Numbered from the stretch's first letter, positions 27,590-44,261 are shown. The stretch: DNA of 64,000 bases from Candidatus Marinacidobacterales bacterium (GCA_965226495.1 OZ245365.1:384001-448000); one strand, 5' to 3'. The notes: generated by a model not told the origin, from the letters alone. Translations and numbers: made by a program.

Positions 27590-28120
27590 ATGGCTAAACA
27601 GTGGTACATCGTCCACACCTACTCCGGATTCGAGAAGAAAGTGGCGGACAGCCTGAAACAAAGAGTTCAGGCCTTCGAGCTGGAAGACCAAATCGGTGAG
27701 GTTCTGATACCGACCGAGGACGTCGTCGAGATGAAGGGAGGCAAGAAGGTTGTTAGCGCCAAGAGGTTCTTCCCCGGATACGTGCTAGTGCAGATGGATA
27801 TGAACGATAACACCTGGCACGTGGTGAAGAACACTCCAAAAGTCACCGGCTTCGTGGGGGCCGGGCAAAGGCCCGCGCCTCTGAGCCAGGAAGAGGTGGA
27901 TCAAGTCATCAAGCAGGTCACGGTTGCGGCGGAAAAGCCGAAACCCAAGTACACCTTCGAGGCGGGTGAACCGGTGCGAATCATCGATGGTCCCTTCAGT
28001 AACTTTTCCGGCGTGGTCGATGAGGTGAACCTGGACCGAAATACATTGAAGGTCATGGTCACGATTTTCGGGCGCTCGACTCCGGTTGAGCTCGACTTTC
28101 TCCAAGTGGAGAAGACGTGA
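27590..28120 (+). CDS. nusG: Transcription elongation factor NusG
   Basis: [22 protein letters not shown] motif [18 protein letters not shown]. Confidence 0.98.
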   Translation: MAKQWYIVHTYSGFEKKVADSLKQRVQAFELEDQIGEVLIPTEDVVEMKGGKKVVSAKRFFPGYVLVQMDMNDNTWHVVKNTPKVTGFVGAGQRPAPLSQEEVDQVIKQVTVAAEKPKPKYTFEAGEPVRIIDGPFSNFSGVVDEVNLDRNTLKVMVTIFGRSTPVELDFLQVEKT

Positions 28121-28121
28121 G

Positions 28122-28222
28122 CAGCCCTGAGCCCGAGCGGAGCGCGAACGAAGTGAGTCGCGCAGCGAGTAGCGAGTGGGGGTGGGGCCCCGCGAGCGCT
28201 GATGACAGCCCTGAGCCCGAGC
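28122..28222 (+). repeat. Third family-A unit (84 bp) plus a partial fourth unit
   Basis: Near-identical to 3541-3625; followed by the partial unit cagccctgagcccgagc. Confidence 0.93.
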
Positions 28223-28245
28223 GCTAATGATTCAAGCGGACTAAT

Positions 28246-28668
28246 ATGAAAAAAATACTGGGGTTAATCAAACTTCACATACCGGCCGGTAAGGCAACGC
28301 CTGCACCTCCGGTTGGACCGGCGCTCGGGCAGCACGGCGTCAACATCATGGATTTCTGTAAGGCCTTCAACGCCAAGACGAACAAGCAGGAGGGGTTAAT
28401 CATTCCGGTGGTCATCACCGTCTTTCAGGATCGCTCCTATAGCTTCATCACCAAGACGCCGCCGGCCTCGGTGCTGTTGAAGCGGGCGGTCGGGATAGCC
28501 AAGGGCTCGGGCGAGCCGAATCGCAACAAGGTTGGAACGGTGACGCTCCGGCAGGTCGAAGAGATCGCGAAGACCAAGATGCCGGACCTCAACGCGAGCG
28601 ACATCGAAGCCGCTAAGAAGATCGTGATGGGGACGGCCCGCAGCATGGGCATAGAAGTAGAGCAGTAA
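28246..28668 (+). CDS. rplK: 50S ribosomal protein L11
   Basis: [42 protein letters not shown]. Confidence 0.99.
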   Translation: MKKILGLIKLHIPAGKATPAPPVGPALGQHGVNIMDFCKAFNAKTNKQEGLIIPVVITVFQDRSYSFITKTPPASVLLKRAVGIAKGSGEPNRNKVGTVTLRQVEEIAKTKMPDLNASDIEAAKKIVMGTARSMGIEVEQ

Positions 28669-28681
28669 TTGGACCGGAGCG

Positions 28682-28732
28682 CGTGTTGGCCGCCAAATCA
28701 CGTGGTGGCTTCGACTGGAGCTAGCCAGGCGG
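28682..28732 (-). repeat. Dispersed family-C copy (reverse orientation)
   Basis: Reverse complement ccgcctggctag...caccacgtgatttggcggccaacacg matches the array units (ccgtctggctag; ttggcggccaacacg). Confidence 0.7.
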
Positions 28733-28756
28733 GAGGGGTGGGGCCCCGAGGAGCAC

Positions 28757-28862
28757 TAACCGGCCCGAAGGGCCGGCGGCCAGGAGGAATTGGGTCATTG
28801 AAATGCGGTGCCCAAGGGAACCTGGCCGGGTTTTAGGCGCGAGCGAAGAGCGAGCGCCGCGC
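28757..28862 (+). repeat. Family-B structured element, copy 1
   Basis: Homologous to the reverse complement of 60099-60201, with compensatory changes in three stems. Confidence 0.85.
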
Positions 28863-28887
28863 GCACTAAGGAAAGACAAAACAAGAG

Positions 28888-29580
28888 ATGGCAGGCAAAG
28901 GCTACACCAAAGCAGCAGAAGCGGTCGGCGACAAACAGGACTTCACGCCGGAAGAAGCGATCGAGCTCATCAAGAAGGTGAAGTATACAAAGTTCGACGA
29001 GACCGTCGAGCTGGCGATGCGACTCGGCGTCGATCCTAAGCACGCAGATCAGATGGTGCGGGGCACTGTGGTGTTGCCGCACGGACTCGGTAGGACCCGG
29101 CGAGTCTTGGCCATCGCCTCCGGCGAGAAGGTCAAGGAAGCGGAAGATGCGGGAGCCGACCTGGTGGGCGGTGAGGACATGGTCGAGAAAATCTCTGGCG
29201 GCTTCATGGATTTCGAGGCCGTCGTAGCAACGCCGGACATGATGCGCAGTGTCGGGAAGCTGGGCAAAATCTTGGGCCCGCGAGGTCTGATGCCCAACCC
29301 CAAGACCGGTACGGTCACGTTCGACATTGGCAAGGCGGTGAAGGAAATCAAGGCCGGAAAGGTCGAGTTCCGCGTCGACAAGACCGCCATCATTCACGCA
29401 GCGGTGGGGAAAGTGTCTTTCTCCGATCAGAGCTTGTTGGAAAATCTGCAGGCTCTCGTCGACAGCGTAATGAGAGCGAAGCCGTCCGCGGCGAAGGGTA
29501 AGTACGTCAGGAGCATTGCTCTTTCTTCGACGATGGGCCCCGGGCTAAGAATCGACCCGCAAGCGCTCGGAATCAAGTAG
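28888..29580 (+). CDS. rplA: 50S ribosomal protein L1
   Basis: [44 protein letters not shown]. Confidence 0.99.
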   Translation: MAGKGYTKAAEAVGDKQDFTPEEAIELIKKVKYTKFDETVELAMRLGVDPKHADQMVRGTVVLPHGLGRTRRVLAIASGEKVKEAEDAGADLVGGEDMVEKISGGFMDFEAVVATPDMMRSVGKLGKILGPRGLMPNPKTGTVTFDIGKAVKEIKAGKVEFRVDKTAIIHAAVGKVSFSDQSLLENLQALVDSVMRAKPSAAKGKYVRSIALSSTMGPGLRIDPQALGIK

Positions 29581-29596
29581 GCCTAGGAGGATTTGG

Positions 29597-30115
29597 GTGA
29601 ATCGAACCGAAAAACTGGTAGCGGTCGAGCAGCTAAACAAGGACGTCGAAGCCCTCTCGGGCGTATTTGCCGTGGACTTTCGGGGATTGAAAGTGGAAGA
29701 AGCCACCGAGCTTCGCAGGAAGATCAGAGAGTCCGGCTCGAAATACCGCGTAGTCAAGAACACCCTTGCCCTTCGTTCTCTCAAGGGAACTTCGTTGGAG
29801 CCAATCCAGGTTCACCTAAAGGGGATGACCGCATTGGCTTACACCGAAGCCGATCCGGTGGCGCTGGCGAAGCTCCTAAACGACTTTGCGAAGGATGTGC
29901 CGGTACTGACGTTCAAGGGCGGGATGATCTTTGGCAAGGAAGTCACCCCGGAGGAATGTAAGCAACTGGCGTCGTTGCCCAGCCGAGAAGAGCTTTTGGC
30001 GCAGCTACTCTCGGTGCTGCTGGCGCCGATACAGAATTTCTTGGGAGTGCTGGAGGCTCCCGCCCGCGACCTCATTTTGGTTTTGAAGGCCGCGGGAGAT
30101 AAGCCCACGGAGTAA
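29597..30115 (+). CDS. rplJ: 50S ribosomal protein L10
   Basis: DFRGL.V, VVKNTL, LASLPSREELLA. Confidence 0.97.
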   Translation: MNRTEKLVAVEQLNKDVEALSGVFAVDFRGLKVEEATELRRKIRESGSKYRVVKNTLALRSLKGTSLEPIQVHLKGMTALAYTEADPVALAKLLNDFAKDVPVLTFKGGMIFGKEVTPEECKQLASLPSREELLAQLLSVLLAPIQNFLGVLEAPARDLILVLKAAGDKPTE

Positions 30116-30161
30116 GTAATAAAAGAGGGTCCGATAGGGACCCCGAGCGAAGGAGCGATTC

Positions 30162-30545
30162 ATGGCAGACATTACGCAACAGGACGTAGTTGGCTACATA
30201 AAGGGGATTTCGGTCCTGGAATTGGCCGATTTGGTGAAGACACTTGAGGACGAGCTTGGCGTGAAAGCCGCTGCAGCCATGCCTATGGCAGTGGCGGGAC
30301 CTGGCGTTGGCGCTCCGGCCGCGGCCGAGGAGAAGACTGACTTCGACGTCGTACTGACCGCCGTCGGCGACAAGAAAATCAATGTGATCAAGGCAGTCCG
30401 CGAGGTGACCAGTCTCGGTCTCAAGGAAGCCAAGGACGTCGTGGAGGGTGTACCCAACACAGTCAAGGAAGGCGTTCCCAAGGAAGAGGCTGAGGCGATC
30501 AAAAAGAAGTTCGCGGATGCGGGAGCGACCGTCGAGCTTAAGTAG
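30162..30545 (+). CDS. rplL: 50S ribosomal protein L7/L12
   Basis: [33 protein letters not shown]. Confidence 0.98.
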   Translation: MADITQQDVVGYIKGISVLELADLVKTLEDELGVKAAAAMPMAVAGPGVGAPAAAEEKTDFDVVLTAVGDKKINVIKAVREVTSLGLKEAKDVVEGVPNTVKEGVPKEEAEAIKKKFADAGATVELK

Positions 30546-30557
30546 CTTCGTCTTTTT

Positions 30558-30619
30558 AGGGCCGCCCCGGGTCGCGTGCAATGCCGCGTGCGATGCCGCG
30601 TGCGGTGGCCCTTCGTTTT
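30558..30619 (+). terminator. Possible attenuator hairpin between rplL and rpoB
   Basis: agggccgcc/ggtggccct stem followed by tcgtttt; loop holds 12-bp repeats. Confidence 0.45.
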
Positions 30620-30662
30620 GAATCGAGCTCGAGCCCTTTGGCTCGGCGACCGATAGGAGTTT

Positions 30663-33600
30663 ATGGGCACGATGCAGACAATGACTGCCAATCCATACCG
30701 GCAGAGGATCGACTTCTCGAGGATTCGAACCGCCATTCCCATCCCGAATCTCATTGAGATTCAGAAAAAATCCTACGAGCGATTCCTGCAGATGAGTCTT
30801 CTCACCTCGGAAAGAGAAGATTCGGGCCTGCAGGCTGTTTTCAAGTCTGTCTTCCCCATCACGGATTTTCGCGAGAACTGTGAGCTTCAGTTCGTCGAGT
30901 ACTCGATCGGTGTCTGGGAGTGCAAGTGCGGAAAACTCGAGGGGCTACAGCATCTGCGGCGAGCCTGCCACTCGTGTGGCGCGAGCATTCGTACGAACCC
31001 ACTCGGTGACCGAGAGGTCCCTTGCATGTCTTGCGGAAAGTCCAACGAGAATCGCGGGTCGGTCTGCGACACCTGCGGAGACTCTGTTGGGCTCAAGCTC
31101 AAGTATGACGTGGAGGAGTGTCAAGAGCGGGGTATGACTTACTCGGTTCCCCTTAAGGTCACCATCCGCCTCACCGTCTACGACAAGGACCCCGAGTCCG
31201 GCGTGCGGTCGATCCGGGACATCAAAGAGCAGGAAGTCTACTTCGGCGACATCCCGTTGATGACCGACAACGGCACGTTCATCATCAACGGCACCGAGCG
31301 AGTGATCGTCTCGCAGCTTCATCGATCGCCTGGTGTCTTCTTCCATGAAGTAGACAAAGGATCCTTTCTTGCCCAGATCATCCCCTACCGTGGCTCGTGG
31401 GTAGAGTTCGAGTTCGATCAAAAGAATCTGCTCTATGTCCGTATCGATCGAAAGCGGAAATTCCCGGCCACCGTCTTCCTCAAGGCGCTCGGACTTCGCT
31501 CCAACGAAGACATTTTGCGAATTTTCTATGCTGTGGATCGTGTCAACCTTCGAGACGGTACCCTTCAGCTCGAGGTCTCACCGTCTCTAGTAGGTCGGCG
31601 ACTTTCGAAGAACGTCACCCCACCGGATAAAAAGAAAGATGTCATCGTCGCAGCCGGCAAACGGATAACCCACGCCGCTCTGGAGAAAATCCAGAGTGCC
31701 GGCATCACCGAAATCGAGGTCGGGGAAGCGGATCTCGAGGGTGGCTTCTCGGTTGCCGATGTCGTCGATCGTGAATCTGGCGAAGTGCTGACCGAGTCGA
31801 ACGACGAGATCACACCTGAGGTGATCGCCCAGCTTGCCGAGTACAACCTGCCTTCCATCGACGTGTTCTTCCCGGCCCAGGTGGATGTCGGTCCGATCAT
31901 TTCTCTGACACTCAAGAAGGATTCGCTCAAGAGCTCGGAGGAGGCGCTTATCGAGATCTATCGCCGACTCCGGCCGGGAGACCCCCCGACGCTCGAGAGC
32001 TCCCGTTCGCTCTTCAAGGGAATGTTTTTCAACCCGCAGAAATACGACTTCTCACGAGTGGGAAGGCTCAAGCTCAACACCAAGCTGGGTCTGGAGGGAA
32101 GCCTCGACCAGCGACTGCTCGAGCCCGCCGATTTCTTCGAGGTCATCAAGTATCTCCTGAGGCTCCAGAAGAATGTCGGGTCGGTGGATGACATCGACCA
32201 CCTGGGTAACCGGCGCGTGCGATCGGTCGGTGAGCTCTTGGAGAACCAGTTCCGCATCGGTCTGGTACGGATGGAGCGAGCCATCAAAGAGAAGATGAGC
32301 GTCTATCAGGAGATGGCCACCGCCATGCCTCATGACCTCATCAACGCCAAACCGGTCATGGCCGCGGTCAGGGAGTTCTTCGGATCTTCCCAGCTGTCGC
32401 AGTTCATGGACCAGACGAACCCGCTTTCGGAGGTTACCCATAAGCGACGCCTGTCAGCATTGGGCCCAGGTGGACTTTCGAGAGAGCGCGCGGGGTTCGA
32501 GGTTCGCGACGTTCACCCGACCCACTACGGGCGGATCTGTCCCATCGAGACCCCAGAAGGTCCGAACATCGGTTTGATCAGCTCGCTTGCCTGCTTTGCC
32601 CGCATCAACGAGTACGGTTTCATCGAGAGTCCTTACAAGATGGTCAAGGACGGCCGTGTACTCGATCATGTAAAGGTGATGGTCACCGGGGATTCCTCGT
32701 TCAAGGTCGGCGAGGTCATCGAGCAGTCGGCTCTTGATAAGGAGAACAACAAGGTTTCGCGCGAGGGCAAACGGGTGGCGGAGGCCGAACCGCATGGTTT
32801 CTACCTCTCCGCTTGGGAGGAAGATCGCTATGTGATTGCCCAGGCCAATGCCAAGGTCGATGACCGTGGCCGTCTGGAGTCGGATCGGATCAACTGTCGC
32901 CAAGCGGGCAACTTCATTCTTGCTCCTCGCGAGCAGGTCAATTGCATCGATGTCTCGCCCAAGCAGTTGGTTTCCGTGGCGGCATCTCTGATTCCGTTTC
33001 TCGAGAACGACGACGCCAACCGCGCCTTGATGGGCTCTAACATGCAGCGGCAGGCCGTTCCTCTTCTGCGCGCTGAGGCGCCTTTCGTCGGAACGGGGAT
33101 GGAATATGTCACCGCCCGCGACAGTGGGGCGGTAGTTGTATGTCGACGCAGTGGAATCATCGACTCGGTGGACTCGCGGCGCATCATCGTTCGCATCGAG
33201 GGCGAGGGAACGAACAAGCGGGGCAAGGAGATCGGCGCCGACATCTACAATCTCACGAAGTTCAAACGGTCGAACCAGAACACCTGCATGAACCAGCGCC
33301 CGATCATCAAGGTCGGCGACAAGGTGGAAAAGGGCCAGGTTATTGCGGACGGCCCCTGCACCGACCAGGGTGAGTTGGCTCTGGGGCGCAACATTCTAGT
33401 GGCCTTCATGCCTTGGCGCGGCTACAACTTCGAAGACGCGATCTTGGTCTCGGAGAAACTGGTCAAGGCTGACGCCTACACCTCGATCCACATCGAGGAG
33501 TTCGACACCGAAGCCCGCGACACTAAGCTCGGACCGGAGGAGATCACTCGCGACATCCCCAATGTCTCGGAAGGCTTCCTGTCCAACTTGGACGAGTCGG

Positions 33601-34967
33601 GCATCATCCGCGTCGGCGCCTATGTGAAACCAGGCGATATCCTCGTGGGCAAGGTCACTCCTAAGGGTGAAACCCAGCTCACGCCAGAAGAAAAACTGCT
33701 GCGTGCCATCTTCGGTGAGAAGGCGGGTGACGTCAGGGATGCCTCCCTCACGTGTCCACCGGGCATCGAAGGGATCGTGGTGGACGTGAAGATCTTCTCC
33801 CGCAAGGGTGTGGAAAAGGACGAGCGGGCGAAGGCGATCGAGGCGGACGATTTGGGGTTGCTCGAGAAGAACCTCAACGACGAGATCCGCATTCTCAAGG
33901 AGGAGCGGAACAAGAGAGTGATCGAGCGTCTCTCCGGCAGCACCTTGGTGGAGGACCTCGTTAACCCGCGGACGGGCGAAAAGCTTCTCACCAGGAAGAC
34001 CAAACTGACTAAGGACGTCTTACGTGATCTGAAGCCGGGCTACTTGGGCCTTTTGGAGACCGATGTCTCCGTCGATATCCTGGACGAGATCCAGGAGATC
34101 GAAGACAAGACCGAGCGGCAGGTCGAGGTTCTCAAAGCGCTTTTCGACGAGCGCATGAATCGTCTCCAGAAGGGTGACGAGCTGCCACCCGGCGTTATCA
34201 AGATGGTCAAGGTCTACGTGGCCATGAAGCGCAAGCTGTCGGTCGGTGACAAAATGGCGGGACGACACGGCAACAAAGGTGTCATCGCCAGAATTGTCCC
34301 CGAAGAGGACATGCCCTACCTTCCCGACGGGACTCCGGTCGAGGTGGTCCTCAACCCGCTCGGCGTGCCTTCGCGTATGAACGTCGGGCAGATCTTGGAG
34401 ACCCACCTTGGTTGGGCTGGCAAGATACTCGGAAAATACTTTGCTACCCCGGTTTTCGACGGCGCTTCCGAGGCTCAGATCAAGGAGTTCCTGACCGAGG
34501 CGAACGACGGTGAGTCGTCGCACGGGGCCTTGAGACCCAATGTTCTGGAGGGTGGCAAGACCCTGCTCTATGACGGTATGAACGGCGAGCCGTTCGAGCA
34601 GGACGTCACCATTGGATACATCTATATGCTCAAGCTGTCCCATCTCGTCGACGACAAGATGCACGCCCGCAGCATCGGACCATACAGCCTAATCACCCAG
34701 CAGCCGTTGGGTGGCAAGGCGCAGTTTGGTGGGCAACGGTTCGGTGAAATGGAGGTTTGGGCGCTGGAGGCCTACGGTGCTGCGCACACCTTGCAAGAGC
34801 TGCTCACCGCCAAGTCAGATGACGTGTACGGTCGAGCAAAAATCTACGAGGCGATCGTCAAGGGCGACACCTCGTTTGCTCCAGGGCTCCCCGAATCGTT
34901 CAACGTTCTCATTCGGGAGTTGCAGAGCCTCTGTTTGGATGTCGAGTTACTAAAGACGAAAGATTGA
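30663..34967 (+). CDS. rpoB: RNA polymerase beta subunit
   Basis: [48 protein letters not shown]. Confidence 0.99.
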   Translation: MGTMQTMTANPYRQRIDFSRIRTAIPIPNLIEIQKKSYERFLQMSLLTSEREDSGLQAVFKSVFPITDFRENCELQFVEYSIGVWECKCGKLEGLQHLRRACHSCGASIRTNPLGDREVPCMSCGKSNENRGSVCDTCGDSVGLKLKYDVEECQERGMTYSVPLKVTIRLTVYDKDPESGVRSIRDIKEQEVYFGDIPLMTDNGTFIINGTERVIVSQLHRSPGVFFHEVDKGSFLAQIIPYRGSWVEFEFDQKNLLYVRIDRKRKFPATVFLKALGLRSNEDILRIFYAVDRVNLRDGTLQLEVSPSLVGRRLSKNVTPPDKKKDVIVAAGKRITHAALEKIQSAGITEIEVGEADLEGGFSVADVVDRESGEVLTESNDEITPEVIAQLAEYNLPSIDVFFPAQVDVGPIISLTLKKDSLKSSEEALIEIYRRLRPGDPPTLESSRSLFKGMFFNPQKYDFSRVGRLKLNTKLGLEGSLDQRLLEPADFFEVIKYLLRLQKNVGSVDDIDHLGNRRVRSVGELLENQFRIGLVRMERAIKEKMSVYQEMATAMPHDLINAKPVMAAVREFFGSSQLSQFMDQTNPLSEVTHKRRLSALGPGGLSRERAGFEVRDVHPTHYGRICPIETPEGPNIGLISSLACFARINEYGFIESPYKMVKDGRVLDHVKVMVTGDSSFKVGEVIEQSALDKENNKVSREGKRVAEAEPHGFYLSAWEEDRYVIAQANAKVDDRGRLESDRINCRQAGNFILAPREQVNCIDVSPKQLVSVAASLIPFLENDDANRALMGSNMQRQAVPLLRAEAPFVGTGMEYVTARDSGAVVVCRRSGIIDSVDSRRIIVRIEGEGTNKRGKEIGADIYNLTKFKRSNQNTCMNQRPIIKVGDKVEKGQVIADGPCTDQGELALGRNILVAFMPWRGYNFEDAILVSEKLVKADAYTSIHIEEFDTEARDTKLGPEEITRDIPNVSEGFLSNLDESGIIRVGAYVKPGDILVGKVTPKGETQLTPEEKLLRAIFGEKAGDVRDASLTCPPGIEGIVVDVKIFSRKGVEKDERAKAIEADDLGLLEKNLNDEIRILKEERNKRVIERLSGSTLVEDLVNPRTGEKLLTRKTKLTKDVLRDLKPGYLGLLETDVSVDILDEIQEIEDKTERQVEVLKALFDERMNRLQKGDELPPGVIKMVKVYVAMKRKLSVGDKMAGRHGNKGVIARIVPEEDMPYLPDGTPVEVVLNPLGVPSRMNVGQILETHLGWAGKILGKYFATPVFDGASEAQIKEFLTEANDGESSHGALRPNVLEGGKTLLYDGMNGEPFEQDVTIGYIYMLKLSHLVDDKMHARSIGPYSLITQQPLGGKAQFGGQRFGEMEVWALEAYGAAHTLQELLTAKSDDVYGRAKIYEAIVKGDTSFAPGLPESFNVLIRELQSLCLDVELLKTKD

Positions 34968-35016
34968 ACGCCACAGTACCCCAGGTAATGGAAAGACAGG
35001 ACAGGAGGATATACTC

Positions 35017-39231
<4,215 letters not shown>

Positions 39232-39349
39232 GTGCTAAGGGCACGGCACTCTGCGCGAGGAGCCATCAGCTGGCCCGAAGATGCCGAAAAAGCCGCTCTG
39301 GGCGCGGGAAATCGACCCGGAGCGGGCGCAACTTGTTATGGAAGAATCC

Positions 39350-39378
39350 TTGACAGGCTTTAACGGCCCTGCTAGACT
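39350..39378 (+). promoter_or_regulatory. Sigma70 promoter of the str operon
   Basis: TTGACA, 17-nt spacer, TAGACT with TG extension. Confidence 0.75.
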
Positions 39379-39469
39379 CGTCAGGTTGTGCTCTTGCAGG
39401 GCCGCCGGCCCTGCATTGCTATCTCTGGGCGGCTCAACAGCTTAAGGGAAATTACGGGAGTAGAAACTT

Positions 39470-39844
39470 TTGCCAACAATCAGTCAGCTGGTCCGCAAGG
39501 GCCGTAAGAAGCTGAGCTCGAAGACCGACAGCCCGGCACTCCAGGGGAGTCCGCAAAAGCGTGGCGTGTGTGTCCGTGTCTTTATCTCGACCCCCAAGAA
39601 GCCGAACTCGGCCCTTCGGAAAGTGGCAAGAGTAAGACTGACGAACGGAATCGAAGTGACGACGTACATTCCCGGGATTGGGCATAACCTGCAGGAGCAC
39701 TCGATCGTCTTGATTCGTGGCGGTCGTGTGAAGGATCTCCCTGGGGTTCGCTACCACGTCGTCCGTGGCGCATTAGACGCAGTTGGCGTTCAGGATAGGA
39801 AAAACGGCCGCTCCAAATACGGTGCCAAGCGGCCCAAAGCGTAA
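39470..39844 (+). CDS. rpsL: 30S ribosomal protein S12
   Basis: [30 protein letters not shown]; TTG start. Confidence 0.99.
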   Translation: MPTISQLVRKGRKKLSSKTDSPALQGSPQKRGVCVRVFISTPKKPNSALRKVARVRLTNGIEVTTYIPGIGHNLQEHSIVLIRGGRVKDLPGVRYHVVRGALDAVGVQDRKNGRSKYGAKRPKA

Positions 39845-39867
39845 AGAAGTTTTGAGAGTTTCGGCCA

Positions 39868-40338
39868 ATGCCTAGACGAAGAGAAGTACCGAAGGCTGAA
39901 GTCAACGCGGACGCACTCTACAACAGTGTGCTTGTCTCGAAGTTCATCAACGTCGTGATGAAGGAGGGCAAGAAAAGCACCGCCGAGACGATTGTTTATC
40001 GCGCCTTCGACAAGATGCGCGAACGTGCCGATGAGGATCCGCTCAAGCTCTTCAAGAAGGCGGTCGACAACGTTCGGCCGTCGCTCGAGGTAAAGAGCCG
40101 CCGCGTGGGAGGCAGCAACTATCAAGTCCCCGTGGAGGTGAGGGTCGAGCGTCGGACATCACTTTCCCTGCGCTGGCTCGTGAATCAGGCACGCAACCGG
40201 CCCGAAAAGACGATGATCGAGAAGTTGGCTGGCGAGTTGCTCGACGCGGCCAATAACCGAGGCGGCGCAGTTAAGAAAAGAGAAGACACCCACCGGATGG
40301 CAGAGGCTAACAAGGCTTTTGCTCACTACCGCTGGTAG
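39868..40338 (+). CDS. rpsG: 30S ribosomal protein S7
   Basis: [26 protein letters not shown]. Confidence 0.99.
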   Translation: MPRRREVPKAEVNADALYNSVLVSKFINVVMKEGKKSTAETIVYRAFDKMRERADEDPLKLFKKAVDNVRPSLEVKSRRVGGSNYQVPVEVRVERRTSLSLRWLVNQARNRPEKTMIEKLAGELLDAANNRGGAVKKREDTHRMAEANKAFAHYRW

Positions 40339-40450
40339 CCAGCGGACCGGAAACATTAGAGCTCGGTGTCGTCCGGACCTCCCGAATCCGGCGGCGAACG
40401 GGCTTTTGAGGCCAGAGACGGGATATCCGTTCCTATAGAAGCAGTGTCCT

Positions 40451-42529
40451 ATGCCTAGATTAGTTCCTTTAACCAAGACGCGTAACATCGGCATCATGGC
40501 GCACATCGATGCGGGGAAGACGACTACCACCGAGCGCGTCCTGTACTACACCGGTATTACCCACAGGCTCGGTGAAGTGCACGAGGGCACGGCCACTATG
40601 GACTGGATGGAGCAGGAGCAGGAAAGGGGTATCACCATTACCTCGGCTGCTACCACCAGCTTCTGGCGCGACTACCGGATCAACATTATCGATACCCCAG
40701 GTCACGTCGACTTCACCGCGGAGGTAGAACGGTCCTTGAGGGTGCTGGACGGGGCGGTCGCCGTTTTCTGTGCCGTAGGTGGGGTCGAGCCCCAGTCGGA
40801 GACCGTCTGGCGGCAGGCGGATCGGTACCAAGTACCGCGCATTGCTCTCGTCAACAAGATGGACCGCACGGGGGCTGACTTCCAACACGCGGTAGAGATG
40901 ATGCGGACACGATTGGCGGCCAACGCGATTCCAATCCAGCTGCCCATCGGGGCGGAAGAGAACTTTGCGGGTGTCATCGACCTCATCAGTATGAAGGCGG
41001 TGCGCTACCTCGACGAGACACGCGGCGCAGAGTTCACCGTAGAAGAGATATCCGAGGATCACCTTGAGGCTGCGAAGGCCGCGCGGGACAAGCTTATCGA
41101 GGCCGTGAGCGAAGTTGACGACCACCTCATGGAACGTTACATCGAGGGAAAGACCGCCTCCAATGAGGAGATCGCGGCCGCCCTGCGCAAGGCAACCATC
41201 AGTCTCCAAATCGTGCCAGTTTTGTGCGGCTCCGCCTTCAAGAATAAGGGGATCCAACCTTTGCTGGATGCGGTGGTGGATTACCTCCCGTCCCCAGTCG
41301 ATGTTCCGGCGATCGTCGGCATCGATCCGGAAAAGGACGCAGAAGTGGAGAGAGCGGCTAATGACGACGCTCCTTTCTCCGGTTTGGTGTTCAAGATTCT
41401 CACCGATCCATTCGTCGGGCAGTTGGCCTTTTTCCGCGTCTACTCCGGGGTCTTGAAAAGTGGCTCATACGTTCTCAACGCGACGCGTGACAGCCGCGAA
41501 CGCATCGGACGAATCCTCAAGATGCACGCGAACAAGCGCGAGGACATCAAAGAAGTCTATGCCGGTGACATTGCCGCCGCGGTCGGCCTGAAAAGTGTTC
41601 AAACTGGCGACACGATCTGTGACCAGGACCATCCCGTCGTTCTGGAGTCGATGGAGTTTCCCGAACCGGTCATCTCGGTGGTCATCGAGCCCAAGACCAA
41701 GGTGGATCAGGAAAAACTAGGATTGGCCCTAGGCAAGCTCACTCAGGAAGATCCGACCTTCAAAGTCTTTAACGATCAGGAGACAAGCCAAACCATCATT
41801 AGCGGCATGGGAGAGCTTCACCTCGAGATCGTCGTCGACCGATTGCTCCGCGAATTCAACGTGGCCGCCAACGTCGGCAAGCCACAGGTCGCCTATAAAG
41901 AGACGATTCGCAAGAGTGTCAAAGCGGAAGGTCGCTACGTCCGTCAGACGGGAGGTCGTGGCCAGTTCGGTCACGTCAGGATCGAGATCGAGCCGATTCC
42001 GGGGCAGAAGTTCGAGTTCGCGAACGTTATTCGTGGTGGGTCCATTCCGCGCGAGTACATTTCGTCGATCGAGGCGGGCATCGTGGAAGCGATGGAGCAT
42101 GGCATCCTCGCCGGCTATCCGATGGTAGACATCAAGGTGAACCTCTACGACGGTTCCTACCATGAGGTGGATAGCTCGGAAATGGCATTCAAGATTGCTG
42201 GCTCCATGGCTTTCAAGGAGGCGGCTCGCAGTGCCGATCCAGTCCTCCTCGAGCCGATCATGCAGGTGGAAGTCGTGGTTCCAGAAGACTATATGGGTGA
42301 GGTCATTAACGATCTCAATTCCCGTCGGGGTCGCGTGACCGGCATGTCCGCCCGCAATAATACCCAAATCATTGGTGCCAACGTCCCGCTCGCCGAGATG
42401 TTTGGCTATGCCACCGATCTTCGTTCCGCCACCCAGGGACGCGCTACCTACACGATGCACTTCGCTGAGTATCAGGAAGCGCCCAAGCAAGTGGGCGAGG
42501 AAGTCGTAGCCAAGGTGCAAGGCCGTTAG
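40451..42529 (+). CDS. fusA: Elongation factor G
   Basis: [36 protein letters not shown]. Confidence 0.99.
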   Translation: MPRLVPLTKTRNIGIMAHIDAGKTTTTERVLYYTGITHRLGEVHEGTATMDWMEQEQERGITITSAATTSFWRDYRINIIDTPGHVDFTAEVERSLRVLDGAVAVFCAVGGVEPQSETVWRQADRYQVPRIALVNKMDRTGADFQHAVEMMRTRLAANAIPIQLPIGAEENFAGVIDLISMKAVRYLDETRGAEFTVEEISEDHLEAAKAARDKLIEAVSEVDDHLMERYIEGKTASNEEIAAALRKATISLQIVPVLCGSAFKNKGIQPLLDAVVDYLPSPVDVPAIVGIDPEKDAEVERAANDDAPFSGLVFKILTDPFVGQLAFFRVYSGVLKSGSYVLNATRDSRERIGRILKMHANKREDIKEVYAGDIAAAVGLKSVQTGDTICDQDHPVVLESMEFPEPVISVVIEPKTKVDQEKLGLALGKLTQEDPTFKVFNDQETSQTIISGMGELHLEIVVDRLLREFNVAANVGKPQVAYKETIRKSVKAEGRYVRQTGGRGQFGHVRIEIEPIPGQKFEFANVIRGGSIPREYISSIEAGIVEAMEHGILAGYPMVDIKVNLYDGSYHEVDSSEMAFKIAGSMAFKEAARSADPVLLEPIMQVEVVVPEDYMGEVINDLNSRRGRVTGMSARNNTQIIGANVPLAEMFGYATDLRSATQGRATYTMHFAEYQEAPKQVGEEVVAKVQGR

Positions 42530-42617
42530 GTGACTACATTGCCGGACATATACCCACGCCTAAAGACGACAAAAAAGATGACCACGAAAAACGACCGATA
42601 AGGAGCAATAGGGAGTC

Positions 42618-43817
42618 ATGGCGAAGGAGAAATTTGATCGAAGTAAGCCGCATGTAAACGTGGGGACGATTGGGCATGTGGACCACGGTAAGACGACGTT
42701 GACGGCGGCGATAACGAAGGTCCTGCATAGCAAGGACGACAAAGTGTCGTTCCGGAGCTTCGACTCGATCGACAACGCTCCTGAAGAGCGAGAGCGAGGG
42801 ATCACGATCGCGACGGCGCACGTGGAGTACACGACGGATAACCGTCACTACGCGCACGTGGACTGCCCGGGCCATGCGGACTATGTGAAGAACATGATTA
42901 CGGGAGCGGCTCAGATGGACGGAGCGATCCTGGTGGTGTCGGCGGCTGACGGGCCAATGCCGCAGACGCGGGAGCACATATTGTTGGCGCGTCAGGTAGG
43001 AGTGCCCTTCATCGTGGTGTTTTTGAACAAGACGGATGCGGTGGACGATCCGGAGCTGTTGGACTTAGTGGAGCTCGAGGTCCGGGAGTTATTGACGCAA
43101 TACGAATTCCCTGGAGACGACATTCCGATCATACGTGGAAGTGCACTAAAGGCGTTGGAGGGAAGCGGAGAGCCAGGGGCGGAAGAGAGCAAGTCGATCA
43201 TGGAACTGATGGCGGCTCTGGACGATTACGTGCCGCTGCCGGAGCGAGACATCGACAAGCCGTTCCTGATGCCGATCGAGGACGTGTTCTCGATTTCTGG
43301 TCGTGGGACGGTGGTGACGGGTCGTGTGGACCGTGGCAAGGTGAAGGTGAGTGAAGAGATCGAGATCGTCGGCATCCAGGAGACGCGCAAGCGTGTAGTG
43401 ACGGGAGTGGAGATGTTCAAGAAGCTCCTGGACGAAGGGATGGCGGGGGACAACATAGGTGTTTTGCTTCGCGGGACGGAGAAGGACGAAGTGGAGAGAG
43501 GTATGGTGCTGGCCAAGCCTGGCTCGATCAAGCCGCACACGAAGTTTAAAGGAGCGGTCTACGTTCTGACGAAGGAAGAGGGAGGACGTCACACGCCGTT
43601 TTTCACGGGATATCGTCCGCAGTTCTATTTTCGTACGACGGACGTGACGGGAGTGGCGTCGTTGTCGAGTGGAGTGGAGATGGTGATGCCGGGCGACAAC
43701 ACGGACCTAGAGATTGAGATGATCACCCCCATCGCCATGGAGAAGGGACTGCGTTTCGCGATTCGCGAGGGCGGTCGTACGGTGGGTGCCGGCACCATCA
43801 CCGATATCATCGAGTGA
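42618..43817 (+). CDS. tuf: Elongation factor Tu (copy 2)
   Basis: Same protein as copy 1 except the end (DIIE versus DIVE). Confidence 0.99.
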   Translation: MAKEKFDRSKPHVNVGTIGHVDHGKTTLTAAITKVLHSKDDKVSFRSFDSIDNAPEERERGITIATAHVEYTTDNRHYAHVDCPGHADYVKNMITGAAQMDGAILVVSAADGPMPQTREHILLARQVGVPFIVVFLNKTDAVDDPELLDLVELEVRELLTQYEFPGDDIPIIRGSALKALEGSGEPGAEESKSIMELMAALDDYVPLPERDIDKPFLMPIEDVFSISGRGTVVTGRVDRGKVKVSEEIEIVGIQETRKRVVTGVEMFKKLLDEGMAGDNIGVLLRGTEKDEVERGMVLAKPGSIKPHTKFKGAVYVLTKEEGGRHTPFFTGYRPQFYFRTTDVTGVASLSSGVEMVMPGDNTDLEIEMITPIAMEKGLRFAIREGGRTVGAGTITDIIE

Positions 43818-43861
43818 AGACTAGAGACAGAGGCTAGCGGTCAGGAACCGAGTAGGAGACT

Positions 43862-44197
43862 ATGGCAGCAATAAGTGAAAAAATTCGAATTCGGCTTAAG
43901 GCGTACGACCATCGCATCCTCGACCAGTCCACGCACGAGATCGTAGAAACGGCGAAGCGCACCGGAGCGCGGATCGCGGGGCCGATTCCATTGCCCACGG
44001 TAAAGAACAAGTGGACCGTTCTTCGCTCGCCGCACGTCGATAAGAAATCGCGTGAACAGTTCGAAGTTCGCACCCACAAGCGGTTGCTGGACATCTTCGA
44101 GCCCACGCCACAGACCGTAGACGCTCTCATGCGCCTCGACCTCCCGGCCGGCGTGGATGTGGAAATCAAGGCCTTCGGGAAGGAGCATTCCAAGTAG
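43862..44197 (+). CDS. rpsJ: 30S ribosomal protein S10
   Basis: [30 protein letters not shown]. Confidence 0.99.
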   Translation: MAAISEKIRIRLKAYDHRILDQSTHEIVETAKRTGARIAGPIPLPTVKNKWTVLRSPHVDKKSREQFEVRTHKRLLDIFEPTPQTVDALMRLDLPAGVDVEIKAFGKEHSK

Positions 44198-44220
44198 TTT
44201 CCGCCCGACTTCGTGACAGG

Positions 44221-44250
44221 CCAGACTAGACCAGACTAGACCAGACTAGA
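44221..44250 (+). repeat. 10-bp tandem repeat (3 copies) in the rpsJ-rplC spacer
   Basis: ccagactaga repeated three times. Confidence 0.95.
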
Positions 44251-44261
44251 AAAGAGCAGCT

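Noticed and set aside
28700-28730. L1-binding leader before rplA
   Set aside because: Resemblance is only weak, and the segment is better explained as an inverted family-C repeat.
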